A stretch of 64,000 nt of DNA. Origin: Patescibacteria group bacterium (GTDB taxonomy: Bacteria; Patescibacteriota; Minisyncoccia; Phycocordibacterales; JAACPR01). Below, piece by piece: positions 36,939 through 45,739 of the stretch. The notes beneath the pieces were generated by a model. The model was given only the letters and a program-made list of their open reading frames with translations, did no database searches and was not told the origin of the DNA. The position numbers were made by a program, and so were the translations under genes. The stretch spans positions 436,882 through 500,881 of the forward strand of contig JAKLEX010000001.1 in the NCBI GenBank assembly GCA_022711495.1, read 5' to 3'. How positions within the stretch are numbered: the first letter of the stretch is position 1; every line of letters begins with the position of its first letter.

Positions 36939-38022
36939 TGGCCATTAATGTCTCCCTGACGCATTTACGCCATGAAAATCTCTTGATATTTTCATGGCCA
37001 TTGTTGATAATATTATGTCTTAATTTATCATCTTTTAGGGACTTTTCCATGGCGCTTGCTATTTCACCAATATTATATGGATTGACAGACACACCCCCTT
37101 CTCCAATAATTTCCGGACAAGATGTCACATTTGAAGTGAGAACCGGACAACCACAAGCTTGGGCCTCAAGTATTGGTAAACCAAAGCCCTCATATAGAGA
37201 CAGGTACAAATATAAATCAGCGGCCGAGTATAGGCAAATTAATTCCTCATCTGACACCCTTCTAATAAGAAAGGCTCTGCCCGATAAATTATCCTTTATA
37301 TATTTTTTTATGTCTTCAATCTCCCACAATAAGTTATTCGTTAAATAAATATTGTGCGGTATACGATTTTTTATCTGGTTAAATGCCATCAACATTCTCA
37401 ATATATTTTTTCTCGGACTTAGTGAGCCGCAATAGAATAAAAATGGTTTATCAACATCCAATCTTGACAGGGTTCTTTGTATTAAGTCATGGTCGGCTTG
37501 TTTTTTAAAATAGTCTTCAGCCGCCAAATAGACGACCTTTATTTTTTCAGGATTAATACCCAGACGATCTATAATATCTTGCTTCGTGTACTCTGAGATT
37601 GCGACCGTCTTGCTGGCAAGCCGACAGGATAGTTTCATGAAAACCCTCATATACAATGTATCCCAAAAACGATAAGCTTTTATTTCCCTATTAAAATAAG
37701 CCAAATCTAAAATAATATTTATCTTTTTAAATCTAAAAAATAAATGCGTAAAAGGGATAATATTCTTTGGGTATATAACGGCATCTAATTTTATTTTAAA
37801 TAAATAGGGCAGAATTTTTATATAATCCCAAAATATTTTATTGCTCTTTTTAAGATAAACAACCTTAATATTTTTATAAGCCGTTTTAAAATCTTCCTTA
37901 TCTGTAAATAAAACTAGAGAATTTTCTTTGGAAAAAAAGGCATCAAAAGTCATTAAAAAATTTTCTATATATCTAGTAACGCCCCCTTTTGTCAGTCCTC
38001 TTGCGATAAAACCGATTGTCAT
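36925..38022 (-). CDS. Glycosyltransferase family 4 (GT-B)
   Basis: Carries the EGFGLPILEAQACGCPVLTS motif (the EX7E region). Confidence 0.8.
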   Translation of the reverse strand: MTIGFIARGLTKGGVTRYIENFLMTFDAFFSKENSLVLFTDKEDFKTAYKNIKVVYLKKSNKIFWDYIKILPYLFKIKLDAVIYPKNIIPFTHLFFRFKKINIILDLAYFNREIKAYRFWDTLYMRVFMKLSCRLASKTVAISEYTKQDIIDRLGINPEKIKVVYLAAEDYFKKQADHDLIQRTLSRLDVDKPFLFYCGSLSPRKNILRMLMAFNQIKNRIPHNIYLTNNLLWEIEDIKKYIKDNLSGRAFLIRRVSDEELICLYSAADLYLYLSLYEGFGLPILEAQACGCPVLTSNVTSCPEIIGEGGVSVNPYNIGEIASAMEKSLKDDKLRHNIINNGHENIKRFSWRKCVRETLMASEIL

Positions 38023-38747
38023 ATGGTTGTTTTTCTTACCACAATCAGATAACTCAGCGGAAAGATTTTTTTCATCCCAAAAAATTTATCCAGAGTAAGG
38101 AGGCATCTTTGAATTACAAAATTAATCCAAAATGTTAGCTTGTTGATACCAGGAATATTATATGTTAGACCCAGAAATATCGTCTGAAATATATAACCCT
38201 TAAAAGCCAGCAGTCCCCCCAACTCTTTTATCTCTACAACTTCGAGACGGTTTTCTTCTATAATTTTTTTAAGGGAATATTTAGTAAATCGCCAATAATC
38301 ATGTGGCTCATTGTGGAGGTACCCAAGATACGGCACAGTTATAACGGCGTACCCCCCATCCTTTAAAACTCTACTGATTTCGCTCACGGCTTTAGTTGGG
38401 TTCGGCACATGCTCTAGGACATTCCTAGAAAATACAAAATCATAACGGCCCGAATTGATTTCTAACATATTTTGTATATCTGCAACATACGTCAAGCCGG
38501 GGTGTGTCCTTTCAAAATCCATGCTTTCATAGTCGGCCGTATATTTAGTAAGCACTTTTTTATACAATAAATTACCGGCGCCAGCGTCTAAAACTTTGCC
38601 CTTGCAATACTTTGGCAATAAGGCTCCCAATTCTTTAAAAAGAATCATGTTGCCGGCGGATGTTTTCCAGTAGTGCCAATTATCTCGAAGCCCATAATTC
38701 ATTTTTTTGATATTATTCTTTATCAAATCTTTTATCATAATGTCCAT
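38019..38747 (-). CDS. Class I SAM-dependent methyltransferase
   Basis: Motif I VLDAGAGNLL and a post-I acidic residue are present. Confidence 0.7.
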   Translation of the reverse strand: MDIMIKDLIKNNIKKMNYGLRDNWHYWKTSAGNMILFKELGALLPKYCKGKVLDAGAGNLLYKKVLTKYTADYESMDFERTHPGLTYVADIQNMLEINSGRYDFVFSRNVLEHVPNPTKAVSEISRVLKDGGYAVITVPYLGYLHNEPHDYWRFTKYSLKKIIEENRLEVVEIKELGGLLAFKGYIFQTIFLGLTYNIPGINKLTFWINFVIQRCLLTLDKFFGMKKIFPLSYLIVVRKTTI

Positions 38748-38813
38748 TTTATCTGGAATCTTACTTTAAGTGCCATAATAAAAGCATATAATAGATGCTG
38801 AGTCTGCGCTAAT

Positions 38814-39914
38814 TTATAGATATTTTTGTTTGTATTTATTTGCCGCATTTGCCCAATCTATTTTGGCAGCTAGAAAAAGTGAGGCTGATGATTGACGCTT
38901 TAGTAGTTCAGCGTCTTTATTATACATTTCAATGGCGCCCTTTAATTCTTCGGCAGATCTCATGCTAACGACAAAACCATTATCCTTGACCAGTTCGGCC
39001 GAACCACCAGTATTAGTAGCAATGATCGGCAAACCAACCGCCATGGCTTCCAAAATTGAATTAGACATGCCCTCGTTTAGAGACGGCAAAACAAAGACAT
39101 CTGATTGTTGCAATAATGAAACAATTTCAGAGTGTTCTTTTTTACCAACAAAATTAACGTTTGAATTACATTCTTTCGCTAAAGATTTTAGTCTGGGTGC
39201 CAGATTCCCATCTCCAACTAGGGTTAAAACGACATTTTTCATCCCAGAGATCGCCCTAATTGAATATTCATACCCTTTTCTTTCAATTAACCTGCCGGTA
39301 GAGATTAATCGTAAATTTTTACTTTGAACTTTTGCCGCCGTAGGTTTAAATTCTTCTAAATCAACACCATTATAAATGACCCCGATATCTTGCTTCAGTG
39401 CGGTTTTGAACGCCAAATTTTTTAAATCTTCAGAATTTGCAATTACAGATTTTGCTCTTTTCCAAACTTTTTTGCTCAAAGATTTAAAAATAAGCTTGTC
39501 TAGCCAATAAAATCTCTTGTTATAAAAAGGCACATCGCTACCGCGCAAACTCACAATGTATGGCAAACCAAGTTTCATGGCAATATACCCGCAAGGAATT
39601 CCAAAGAAAGCGTGGCAAAGATCAAACTTGTTTTGCTTCATTAATTTTTTGGCATAGCGGTAGGCTCTCCAAGAATAGAACAAAAGATCTTTATTACTTT
39701 GATAATGTAAATTCCCCCTTTTACCGATATCTAAAAAATGGATTTTTATATTTTTCGAAAATTGCTCAACTTTAAATTCATTTACCGACGAAGTCACCAA
39801 ATCAATTTCGAGATCAGGATCTTTGGCAAATTCCTTCAACAAATAATATGTCGCGTTCCCCGCTCCACCTCCCAGTGGCGGAAATTCGTAATTTAACATG
39901 AGAATTTTTTTCAT
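38814..39914 (-). CDS. Glycosyltransferase family 4 (GT-B)
   Basis: Carries NEGMSNSILEAMAVGLPIIATNTGG. Confidence 0.8.
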   Translation of the reverse strand: MKKILMLNYEFPPLGGGAGNATYYLLKEFAKDPDLEIDLVTSSVNEFKVEQFSKNIKIHFLDIGKRGNLHYQSNKDLLFYSWRAYRYAKKLMKQNKFDLCHAFFGIPCGYIAMKLGLPYIVSLRGSDVPFYNKRFYWLDKLIFKSLSKKVWKRAKSVIANSEDLKNLAFKTALKQDIGVIYNGVDLEEFKPTAAKVQSKNLRLISTGRLIERKGYEYSIRAISGMKNVVLTLVGDGNLAPRLKSLAKECNSNVNFVGKKEHSEIVSLLQQSDVFVLPSLNEGMSNSILEAMAVGLPIIATNTGGSAELVKDNGFVVSMRSAEELKGAIEMYNKDAELLKRQSSASLFLAAKIDWANAANKYKQKYL

Positions 39915-39920
39915 AGGGAT

Positions 39921-40889
39921 CTAAATTTTGAAATATTCTTTATACCAATCAATAAACAAATTGACGGCTTTTTCAACGGAAGTTTTTGGTTTCCAGCCAA
40001 GATTTTTCTCCGTGTATTCAATGTCAGCATAAGTCTCTAAAACATCGCCGGGCTGAATTTCAGTATATTTTTTCATAGCCTTCTTGCCGAGTTCTTTTTC
40101 AAGACATGAAATAAAGTATTCCAATCCGACTGGCTTATTATTCCCCAGATTGAAAATATGATAACCGCCGACCATTTCCAAAGATAAGATGACTCCTTCA
40201 GCGACATCCTCAACATAAGTAAAATCGCGGCGCATCTTACCGAAATTGAAAACCTTGATCTCTTTGCCTTTGCCGATTGAGTCGGCAAAAATCATTGGAG
40301 CCATATCTGGCCGACCCCACGGACCGATAACCGTGAAAAAGCGCAAGCCCGTGGTATTGATACCAAAAAGATGATGATAAGTATAGGCCATCAATTCGTC
40401 AGCTTTCTTTGTCGCCGCATAAAGAGATATCGGCTCATTGACCTGATCGTCCACAGAAAACGGAACTTTCTTATTGTTCCCGTAAACCGAACTTGATGAG
40501 GCATAAACAAAGTCTTTAATATTATTATTCCGAACCGCCTCTAAAATATTTACAAAAGCAACGATGTTTGATTTTACATACGATTGCGGATTTATAAGAC
40601 TGTAACGAACGCCGGCCTGAGCTGCCAAATGACAGATTTTATCAAACTTATTTTCTGTGAAGATCTTTTCGACAAATTTTGGATCGCTTAAATCGCCTCG
40701 ATAAATTTTATAATTGGGATAGCCTTCCAAAATTTTATTTCTGGCCTCCTTAAGACCGGGGTCGTAGTAATCATTAAAATTATCCGCACCAACAACGATT
40801 GCGCCATCGTCTAAAAGTTTCTTAGCAGTATGGAAACCGACAAACCCGGCGCTACCAGTTACTAATATTATTTTGCCCTTTAATCCCAT
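39921..40889 (-). CDS. NAD-dependent epimerase/dehydratase (UDP-glucuronate 4-epimerase-like)
   Basis: GSAGFVGFH Rossmann motif, DNFNDYYD, and the YAATKK catalytic motif. Confidence 0.8.
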   Translation of the reverse strand: MGLKGKIILVTGSAGFVGFHTAKKLLDDGAIVVGADNFNDYYDPGLKEARNKILEGYPNYKIYRGDLSDPKFVEKIFTENKFDKICHLAAQAGVRYSLINPQSYVKSNIVAFVNILEAVRNNNIKDFVYASSSSVYGNNKKVPFSVDDQVNEPISLYAATKKADELMAYTYHHLFGINTTGLRFFTVIGPWGRPDMAPMIFADSIGKGKEIKVFNFGKMRRDFTYVEDVAEGVILSLEMVGGYHIFNLGNNKPVGLEYFISCLEKELGKKAMKKYTEIQPGDVLETYADIEYTEKNLGWKPKTSVEKAVNLFIDWYKEYFKI

Positions 40890-40905
40890 AGCAAATTCGA
40901 AATTA

Positions 40906-41847
40906 TTACTTTTCTATCACCTCCCTTATGTAATATCTTTTCTCATAATGAGAAAGACCGAGATGGATTTTGATGAGAAGATCAATAACGATACCGAAGC
41001 TAAACAAAACGATGGCTGACAACGTCAGAAAAGTTGTTATGTAAAACCAGCCGTTTCTATTCAAACTAATTCCTAAAAAGGTTTTATCATAAATTGTCCA
41101 AAGACCGGAGGCAATAGCCAAAACAAAAGAAATTAAACTCATGTAACCAAAAAAATGCAGCGGTCGTTGAGAAAACTTATAGATGAAGCAGACATAAAGT
41201 AAATCAAGAAGACCGCGAATAGCTTTCGTGTAATTGTATTTACTTTTTCCGTGTTCTCGTAATCGGTCATTAACGATTACTTCCCCGATTTTAAAACCTT
41301 TCCAGCGCAAAAGGGTTACAACGTAACGATGCATCTCTCCACCAATATCCAATGACTTTACCGCCTCTTTTTTATAAGCTCGCAAAGTACAGCCAGAATC
41401 ATTTACCGCGTCTTTAATGAAAAACCTTCTGACGGCCTTGCCAATCAGGGTTAGCAGACAAATTCCCTTTTTATCCTTTCGATCCTTTCTCCAACCGGCG
41501 ACGACATCCAGATTCCCCTCGCGCATTTTTTGAAGCAATTTGGCAAAATCGGCCGGATCGTTCTGGCCGTCGCCGTCTATGGAAATGACAATTTCACCAG
41601 TGGCCATTTTGAAGCCCGCGTCTAGAGCCGTGGCCTGGCCATAATTACGATTCAGGTCAATAATCTTTACATTTGTCAGAGTTTTTAATTCTTCAAGCGA
41701 TCCGTCGTTGCTACCATCATTTATATAAATAATCTCAAAACTGTCAGAAATGGCCGACATTGCGGCTCTTATTTCTTGATCAAGCTTTGTGATGTTCCCT
41801 TTTTCGTTATAAACCGGAACAACAATAGAATAATCCAAATTCTTCAT
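40906..41847 (-). CDS. GT2 polyprenol-phosphate glycosyltransferase (GtrB/ArnC/DPM1-like) with a C-terminal TM pair
   Basis: YSIVVPVYNE, DGSNDGS, DGDGQND and two C-terminal TM helices. Confidence 0.8.
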   Translation of the reverse strand: MKNLDYSIVVPVYNEKGNITKLDQEIRAAMSAISDSFEIIYINDGSNDGSLEELKTLTNVKIIDLNRNYGQATALDAGFKMATGEIVISIDGDGQNDPADFAKLLQKMREGNLDVVAGWRKDRKDKKGICLLTLIGKAVRRFFIKDAVNDSGCTLRAYKKEAVKSLDIGGEMHRYVVTLLRWKGFKIGEVIVNDRLREHGKSKYNYTKAIRGLLDLLYVCFIYKFSQRPLHFFGYMSLISFVLAIASGLWTIYDKTFLGISLNRNGWFYITTFLTLSAIVLFSFGIVIDLLIKIHLGLSHYEKRYYIREVIEK

Positions 41848-41907
41848 ATCTTAACTAATTTACCATTAACACGGCTTCATGTTAAATGATTGGCGCACTT
41901 CAAAAAA

Positions 41908-41952
41908 GTTTTCCAAAAATAAAGGCCCCGAAGCGTATAACGCTCGGGGCCT
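41908..41952 (-). terminator. Strong intrinsic terminator (GGCCCCGAGCG...CGCTTCGGGGCC plus TTTATTTTTGG on the minus strand)
   Basis: A perfect GC-rich stem followed by a T-tract, directly downstream of ORF 41969..42399. Confidence 0.6.
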
Positions 41953-41968
41953 TGTTGTGTTGAAGCGG

Positions 41969-42399
41969 CTAACTTTCGTCGGCGGTAATGGCAGCACCGG
42001 CCCGACCAGCCAGAGCGGACGGATGTGCCCGTCGGTCGCGTTGTTCCTGACATTTGGCGATCAGGTGTTGGCGCGTGGACCACAGATGAGCCAAGTTGCA
42101 TCGAGCAACAAATTCCTGCGCCGTAAGCGCCAGGCTTTTGTGCTGACACAATTCAAACTCGATGGTAATGCCCCGTGCCATATCGATCTGCTGATCGATT
42201 TCCGCGATCTGCTTGCGCAGAGCGCGAATGCCGAGAGCGCCCTTTTCGCCGGTATCGTGACGCTGAACCGAAGGCGAGACCAAGACCGCGCCAGGTTCAA
42301 CAGAAGTCATGGCGTAAAAGTATTCACCGCCGTAGCAGACTGTCGTCGGCAGAATTCCTGCCACCAACATCACCAGCACCAACATTCCGATCACCTTCA
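41969..42399 (-). CDS. GC-rich small secreted hypothetical protein (signal peptide)
   Basis: The RBS AAGGAGAAGGGGG precedes the ATG (MKVIGMLVLVMLVAG...). The gene lies in a ~60% GC patch, and longer ORFs in other frames are judged to be artefacts. Confidence 0.4.
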
Positions 42400-42561
42400 T
42401 TTCCCCCTTCTCCTTTTGTTTCTGTTTGGTTAACCTATTTAACTTCAATACTCTCAATGTGCAAAGTCTAGCGAGAAATTCTACAAGATCAGCTGAAAGC
42501 GTCAACTCCAACTGTTAAAGAAAAGTGGATAAGCTAAAAATAGCGCTAATTTCGGGTATAT

Positions 42562-42606
42562 TTTAAAGAAAATAAAAGCCCCACAAGCCCGTGCTTGTGG
42601 GGGTTA
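42562..42606 (-). terminator. Intrinsic terminator (stem CCCCACAAGC/GCTTGTGGGG, loop CCGT) with TTTTATTTTCTTT on the minus strand
   Basis: A 10-bp GC-rich stem plus a long T-tract, seen in the sequence. Confidence 0.55.
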
Positions 42607-43326
42607 CAACATTTTGACCCTACTTAGAGAGGGTTCAGACCAGGATGTGTCAGCTCTACGCCTGAGAGGCGCAGAGCCTGCGTCTGACCCCGGCCATGTG
42701 TCGCCGGTGGCAGGGTTTCGCGTGATGGGCTCCCAAGGCGCCGATTTCGCTGGCCGCGTCGTCAATCGTCATCAGAACGCCGCGACCGCCACTGTCAAAC
42801 CACTTCCTGTGCATCTTCCACCTCGCTTCCTTCCTGCACCATCTGGTGCTTTCCTTGGTCCGCCAACGGTCTCTTAGACCTTGGATCGGCGAACTTCCGC
42901 GATTGACTCTACCACATCTTTCTTAACTGAAGCAACTTAAATTGTGGATAAAGAAAACGGAGAAAATAAAAAGGCGGAGAGATAGCAAGCTATTTCTCCG
43001 CCAGACGACTCTTTAATTTTCTCCATTTTCCATGCTCAACCCTGGAGAGGGGGTGTCTTCCTGGCTGATCCGGTTACCGACCAGGCTCCCGCCGCGCATT
43101 TATAAGGATGCCAGGCTAGACGGCCGCTTCGGCAGCAGCATACAGCGCCTCCCTTTCATGGGCCCAATGCTGGGGTTTCCGGGTGACCAGTTATCGTGGC
43201 CCCCACACACGTCAGCCGCCTTTATAAGGGGCCAAGATTCAAACGGTCTCAAGTAACATCTATTCGCTATGGTAGCACAGTGGCTAAAAATGTCAATAGG
43301 GAGTTGGGGGTATAGCTTGATCCGGC
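42607..43326 (-). other. GC-rich non-coding stretch with no credible ORF. Candidate structured ncRNA(s) or decayed foreign element.
   Basis: Roughly 55-65% GC. Two minus-strand terminators partition it. It contains direct repeats GCCGCGCATTTATAAGGATGCC and GCCGCCTTTATAAGGGGCC, a possible promoter TTGACA...TACCAT at about 43272-43300 (minus), and a TGTGGATAA box. Confidence 0.25.
42950..43003 (-). terminator. Intrinsic terminator (stem GGCGGAGA/TCTCCGCC) with TTTTTATTTTCTCCGTTTTCTTT on the minus strand
   Basis: An 8-bp stem with a 14-nt loop plus a long T-tract. Confidence 0.5.
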
Positions 43327-43668
43327 TTATTTAGCTAGAAAACAAGGGCACAGCTTCTTTTTCAGGAGAATTTTCTGCCTTTTAATAGAATCAACAAAGA
43401 TATTTTGTCGCGCCTTACCATCGGCTAATTTTTTATTTAGAGGAGTCAGGTGCCGATATCCGCGGCGACGAAATTCTTTTACCAACGCCTCGTGACGAAG
43501 ATAAAGCGCCTTCTTTTTTCCAGCCCAACGCAGAGTTTCTGGATGATACGAGTAACCACCCTTCCCTTTGTGCTTAGTCAAAATATTCCAAAGACCATGA
43601 AGCTCACGGTGCTCGGCCAGTAAGTGTTTTCGGCATAAATATTTTGGTGGGATGTCCCAGATACGCAT
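43327..43668 (-). CDS. Pyrimidine dimer DNA glycosylase / T4 endonuclease V-like (Pyr_excise family)
   Basis: MRIWDIPPKYLCRKHLLAEHRELHGLW matches the family's N-terminal signature (MRLWSLHPKYLD...LVAEYRE). A TGGTAGAAT extended -10 sits just upstream of this ATG, so the longer track ORF start is unlikely. Confidence 0.6.
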   Translation of the reverse strand: MRIWDIPPKYLCRKHLLAEHRELHGLWNILTKHKGKGGYSYHPETLRWAGKKKALYLRHEALVKEFRRRGYRHLTPLNKKLADGKARQNIFVDSIKRQKILLKKKLCPCFLAK

Positions 43669-43777
43669 ATTGATTTGCGGCCATTCTACCACAATCACGT
43701 GTTTGCATATTTGCGTATTTGTTGTAATATCGTAAACGGATTAAATAGTTCTCAACAAAAGAAAGGGTTGTTTCATT

Positions 43778-44185
43778 ATGCCAACATTCACAGTTGACAT
43801 GCACCAGCCAAGCATGAAAATCCTGGAAGCAATGCGCGGTTATTTGCAGGGCCTCATTGACAATTTGTCAAGAGCGATGTCCTGGCTGGAACGGCTGATT
43901 TCAGCCGAAAATCAATGGAAAAAAGAGGCCGCGCTGGATCAAGATCAGCAACGGATCAGAGAACTGCGTCTCTGGGCCGAAGAAGCGGCTTGCAATCTTA
44001 AGTTTTATTACAATGAGATTGCCAGACATTTGTCCTCCTTTCCCGAACTGATGCTGGCGTTAAATATCCCCATCCAGAGGGTCAACGCCGATTACGGCAT
44101 GCTTCTAAGGAATAAGGGACTAGCCGACGGAAGTCTCATCAAGATATCGGGAAGCGTCAGTGACCCAAAATGCCAAACGGCTTAG
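43778..44185 (+). CDS. Hypothetical protein
   Basis: ORF only (135 aa, helical). No recognised family. Confidence 0.35.
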   Translation: MPTFTVDMHQPSMKILEAMRGYLQGLIDNLSRAMSWLERLISAENQWKKEAALDQDQQRIRELRLWAEEAACNLKFYYNEIARHLSSFPELMLALNIPIQRVNADYGMLLRNKGLADGSLIKISGSVSDPKCQTA

Positions 44186-44357
44186 CCGAATAATTTGGCC
44201 GAATCATCTGGCCGTAGTCCCACCAAAGGACTTCATTACGCCGCCGAGAAGAAATTCGCGGCGGTTTTTATTTTTGATCGTCTGTGGACTAAATAAATCG
44301 GCGGGCAACGATAAGTGGTATAATTATGTGGGTTTACAAGCTAAACCTTATAAAATT

Positions 44358-44567
44358 ATGAAAGCAGTAAAAGCTATAGCCTTTATTTTAGTTATTATTG
44401 GAGGTTTAAATTGGTTACTAGTTGGCGCCTTTGGTTACGACTTGGTTGCTTCTCTACTAGGAGAAATGTCAGCTCTATCAAGAGTTGTTTATGTCCTAGT
44501 CGGTATTTCAGCAATCATTGAGCTTTTGACTATCAAGAAGAAAGCGGCCCCAGTTCAGGTCCAATAG
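44358..44567 (+). CDS. DUF378 family small membrane protein
   Basis: MKAVKAIAFILVIIGGLNWLLVGAFGYDLVASLLG...VVYVLVGISAI fits the DUF378 pattern. Start taken at the internal ATG. Confidence 0.6.
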   Translation: MKAVKAIAFILVIIGGLNWLLVGAFGYDLVASLLGEMSALSRVVYVLVGISAIIELLTIKKKAAPVQVQ

Positions 44568-44579
44568 GAACCTACTCGC

Positions 44580-44612
44580 AAAAACGCTCCCGAAATGGGA
44601 GCGTTTTTGATT
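44580..44612 (+). terminator. Intrinsic terminator (GCTCCC-GAAAT-GGGAGC plus TTTTTGATT)
   Basis: Hairpin plus T-tract after the DUF378 gene. The stem is even annotated by its own sequence, gctcccgaaatgggagcg. Confidence 0.6.
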
Positions 44613-44624
44613 ATTTAAGAAAAA

Positions 44625-44683
44625 TTATAATAAATAATAAAAAGCCCCGTCTGTTTTGATGTCATCGCAACAGATAGGGCTTC
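44625..44683 (-). terminator. Intrinsic terminator for ORF 44688..45530 (stem AAGCCCTATCTGTT/AACAGACGGGGCTT)
   Basis: The minus-strand hairpin is followed by TTTTTATTATTTATT. Confidence 0.5.
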
Positions 44684-44687
44684 AACA

Positions 44688-45530
44688 TTATTTGAATGTG
44701 GCTCCGACTCGGTAATAGCGCTGGGTAACTGCCTCCGAATCGGAAAAAACAAACTCCTCCCCCGTCCCAGAGACATTATTAGTCAGAAGCGTCCACTCCG
44801 ACGCCAGAGAAAGGTCCTCTGTGTAATACACCGCATACAGACGGCTTGTGGTTGTCTGTATTGAGAAAGAATACCCATTCGTATCCCAGCCCTCATCAAG
44901 ACAGACGGGGTGCGAGATCACTTCGCCAGTTCCCGACGTCGTAGCAAGATTAAATATCACATGCCACCCGATGGCGCCAATAGCGTCCCCGAAACTGGCA
45001 CTGCCGTCTACTAAACCAGGATCAAATAGCAGGTCAAGAACTAGTGTGTCACCGTTCAGTTGGACATTGGTTACGGTACCCCACGCATAGCTGGCCACTG
45101 GACGGCAATTTCGACTCGTCCGTCCGTAATCCGTCTCTCGCGGACCTCTTGATTCGTAATACGACAACGTCCATTCAGCATCGCCACGATCCACATCAAA
45201 TTCAAAGTTGGTCCCTGTGGGATCTTTGAAAAATGGGCTCATGATGTCTACCAGACTAGCATTGTTGATATTCAACCCATACGCCTCCGGGTCATTGAAC
45301 TCATCGCCATATAATCTAAAACTGGACGCCACTGCCACGTGCCGTGCCGTGACAATCACATCTGAATTAGCGATTTGAGTTGACCAATTAGTCTTTTCCG
45401 CCGGTGTGGCGCCAGAATAGAGAATCGCTGAAGTAAAAAAAATATCAGTAATTAATTCCGACGCGGTCCCATGTTGATATGGCATGATTACTGATGCCAT
45501 AACTAGCCATGAAAAGATTCGACTATTCAT
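44688..45530 (-). CDS. Secreted hypothetical protein with moderately elevated GC
   Basis: Signal peptide MNSRIFSWLVMASVIMPYQHG. No recognised domain. Confidence 0.4.
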   Translation of the reverse strand: MNSRIFSWLVMASVIMPYQHGTASELITDIFFTSAILYSGATPAEKTNWSTQIANSDVIVTARHVAVASSFRLYGDEFNDPEAYGLNINNASLVDIMSPFFKDPTGTNFEFDVDRGDAEWTLSYYESRGPRETDYGRTSRNCRPVASYAWGTVTNVQLNGDTLVLDLLFDPGLVDGSASFGDAIGAIGWHVIFNLATTSGTGEVISHPVCLDEGWDTNGYSFSIQTTTSRLYAVYYTEDLSLASEWTLLTNNVSGTGEEFVFSDSEAVTQRYYRVGATFK

Positions 45531-45657
45531 TTTATCCCCTTCCCGTATTGGTTTTACTGAACTCTTGTAAATGAACAAAACCCTCTTACACACTACAAAA
45601 TATTTAAGAGATTATCAACGCTCAAGGATTCCAAAAATCCGCGGGCGATTTATTCTG

Positions 45658-45728
45658 CTGCCAGACCTGGATTCGAACCAAGATACTCGCCTCCAGAGGG
45701 CGATGTCCTACCATTAGACGATCTGGCA
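45658..45728 (-). tRNA. tRNA-Gln, anticodon CTG (U1-A72, discriminator G)
   Basis: The reverse complement is TGCCAGATCGTCTAATGGTAGGACATCGCCCTCTGGAGGCGAGTATCTTGGTTCGAATCCAGGTCTGGCAG. The anticodon loop CTCTGGA reads as CUG. Confidence 0.7.
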
Positions 45729-45739
45729 ATTACTCGTGG

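Noticed and set aside
41879-42433. 184-aa plus-strand ORF and other long overlapping ORFs (41877..42149, 42061..42300, 42175..42471) in the GC-rich patch
   Set aside because: High GC suppresses stop codons in all frames, and the translations are low-complexity or His-rich nonsense. Only the minus ORF 41969..42399 has an RBS, a signal peptide and a matching terminator.
42600-43326. Tested the GC-rich non-coding stretch as tmRNA, SRP RNA or a cobalamin riboswitch
   Set aside because: A tRNA-like 3' end (GGTTCGA...CCACCA) is absent, and no tag ORF ends in ALAA. Only loose resemblance to SRP domain IV was found (GGCAGCAGC versus GGAAGCAGCC). A lone GCCACTG is present, but there are no flanking B12-box elements and no downstream regulated gene. 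Left as an unclassified candidate ncRNA.
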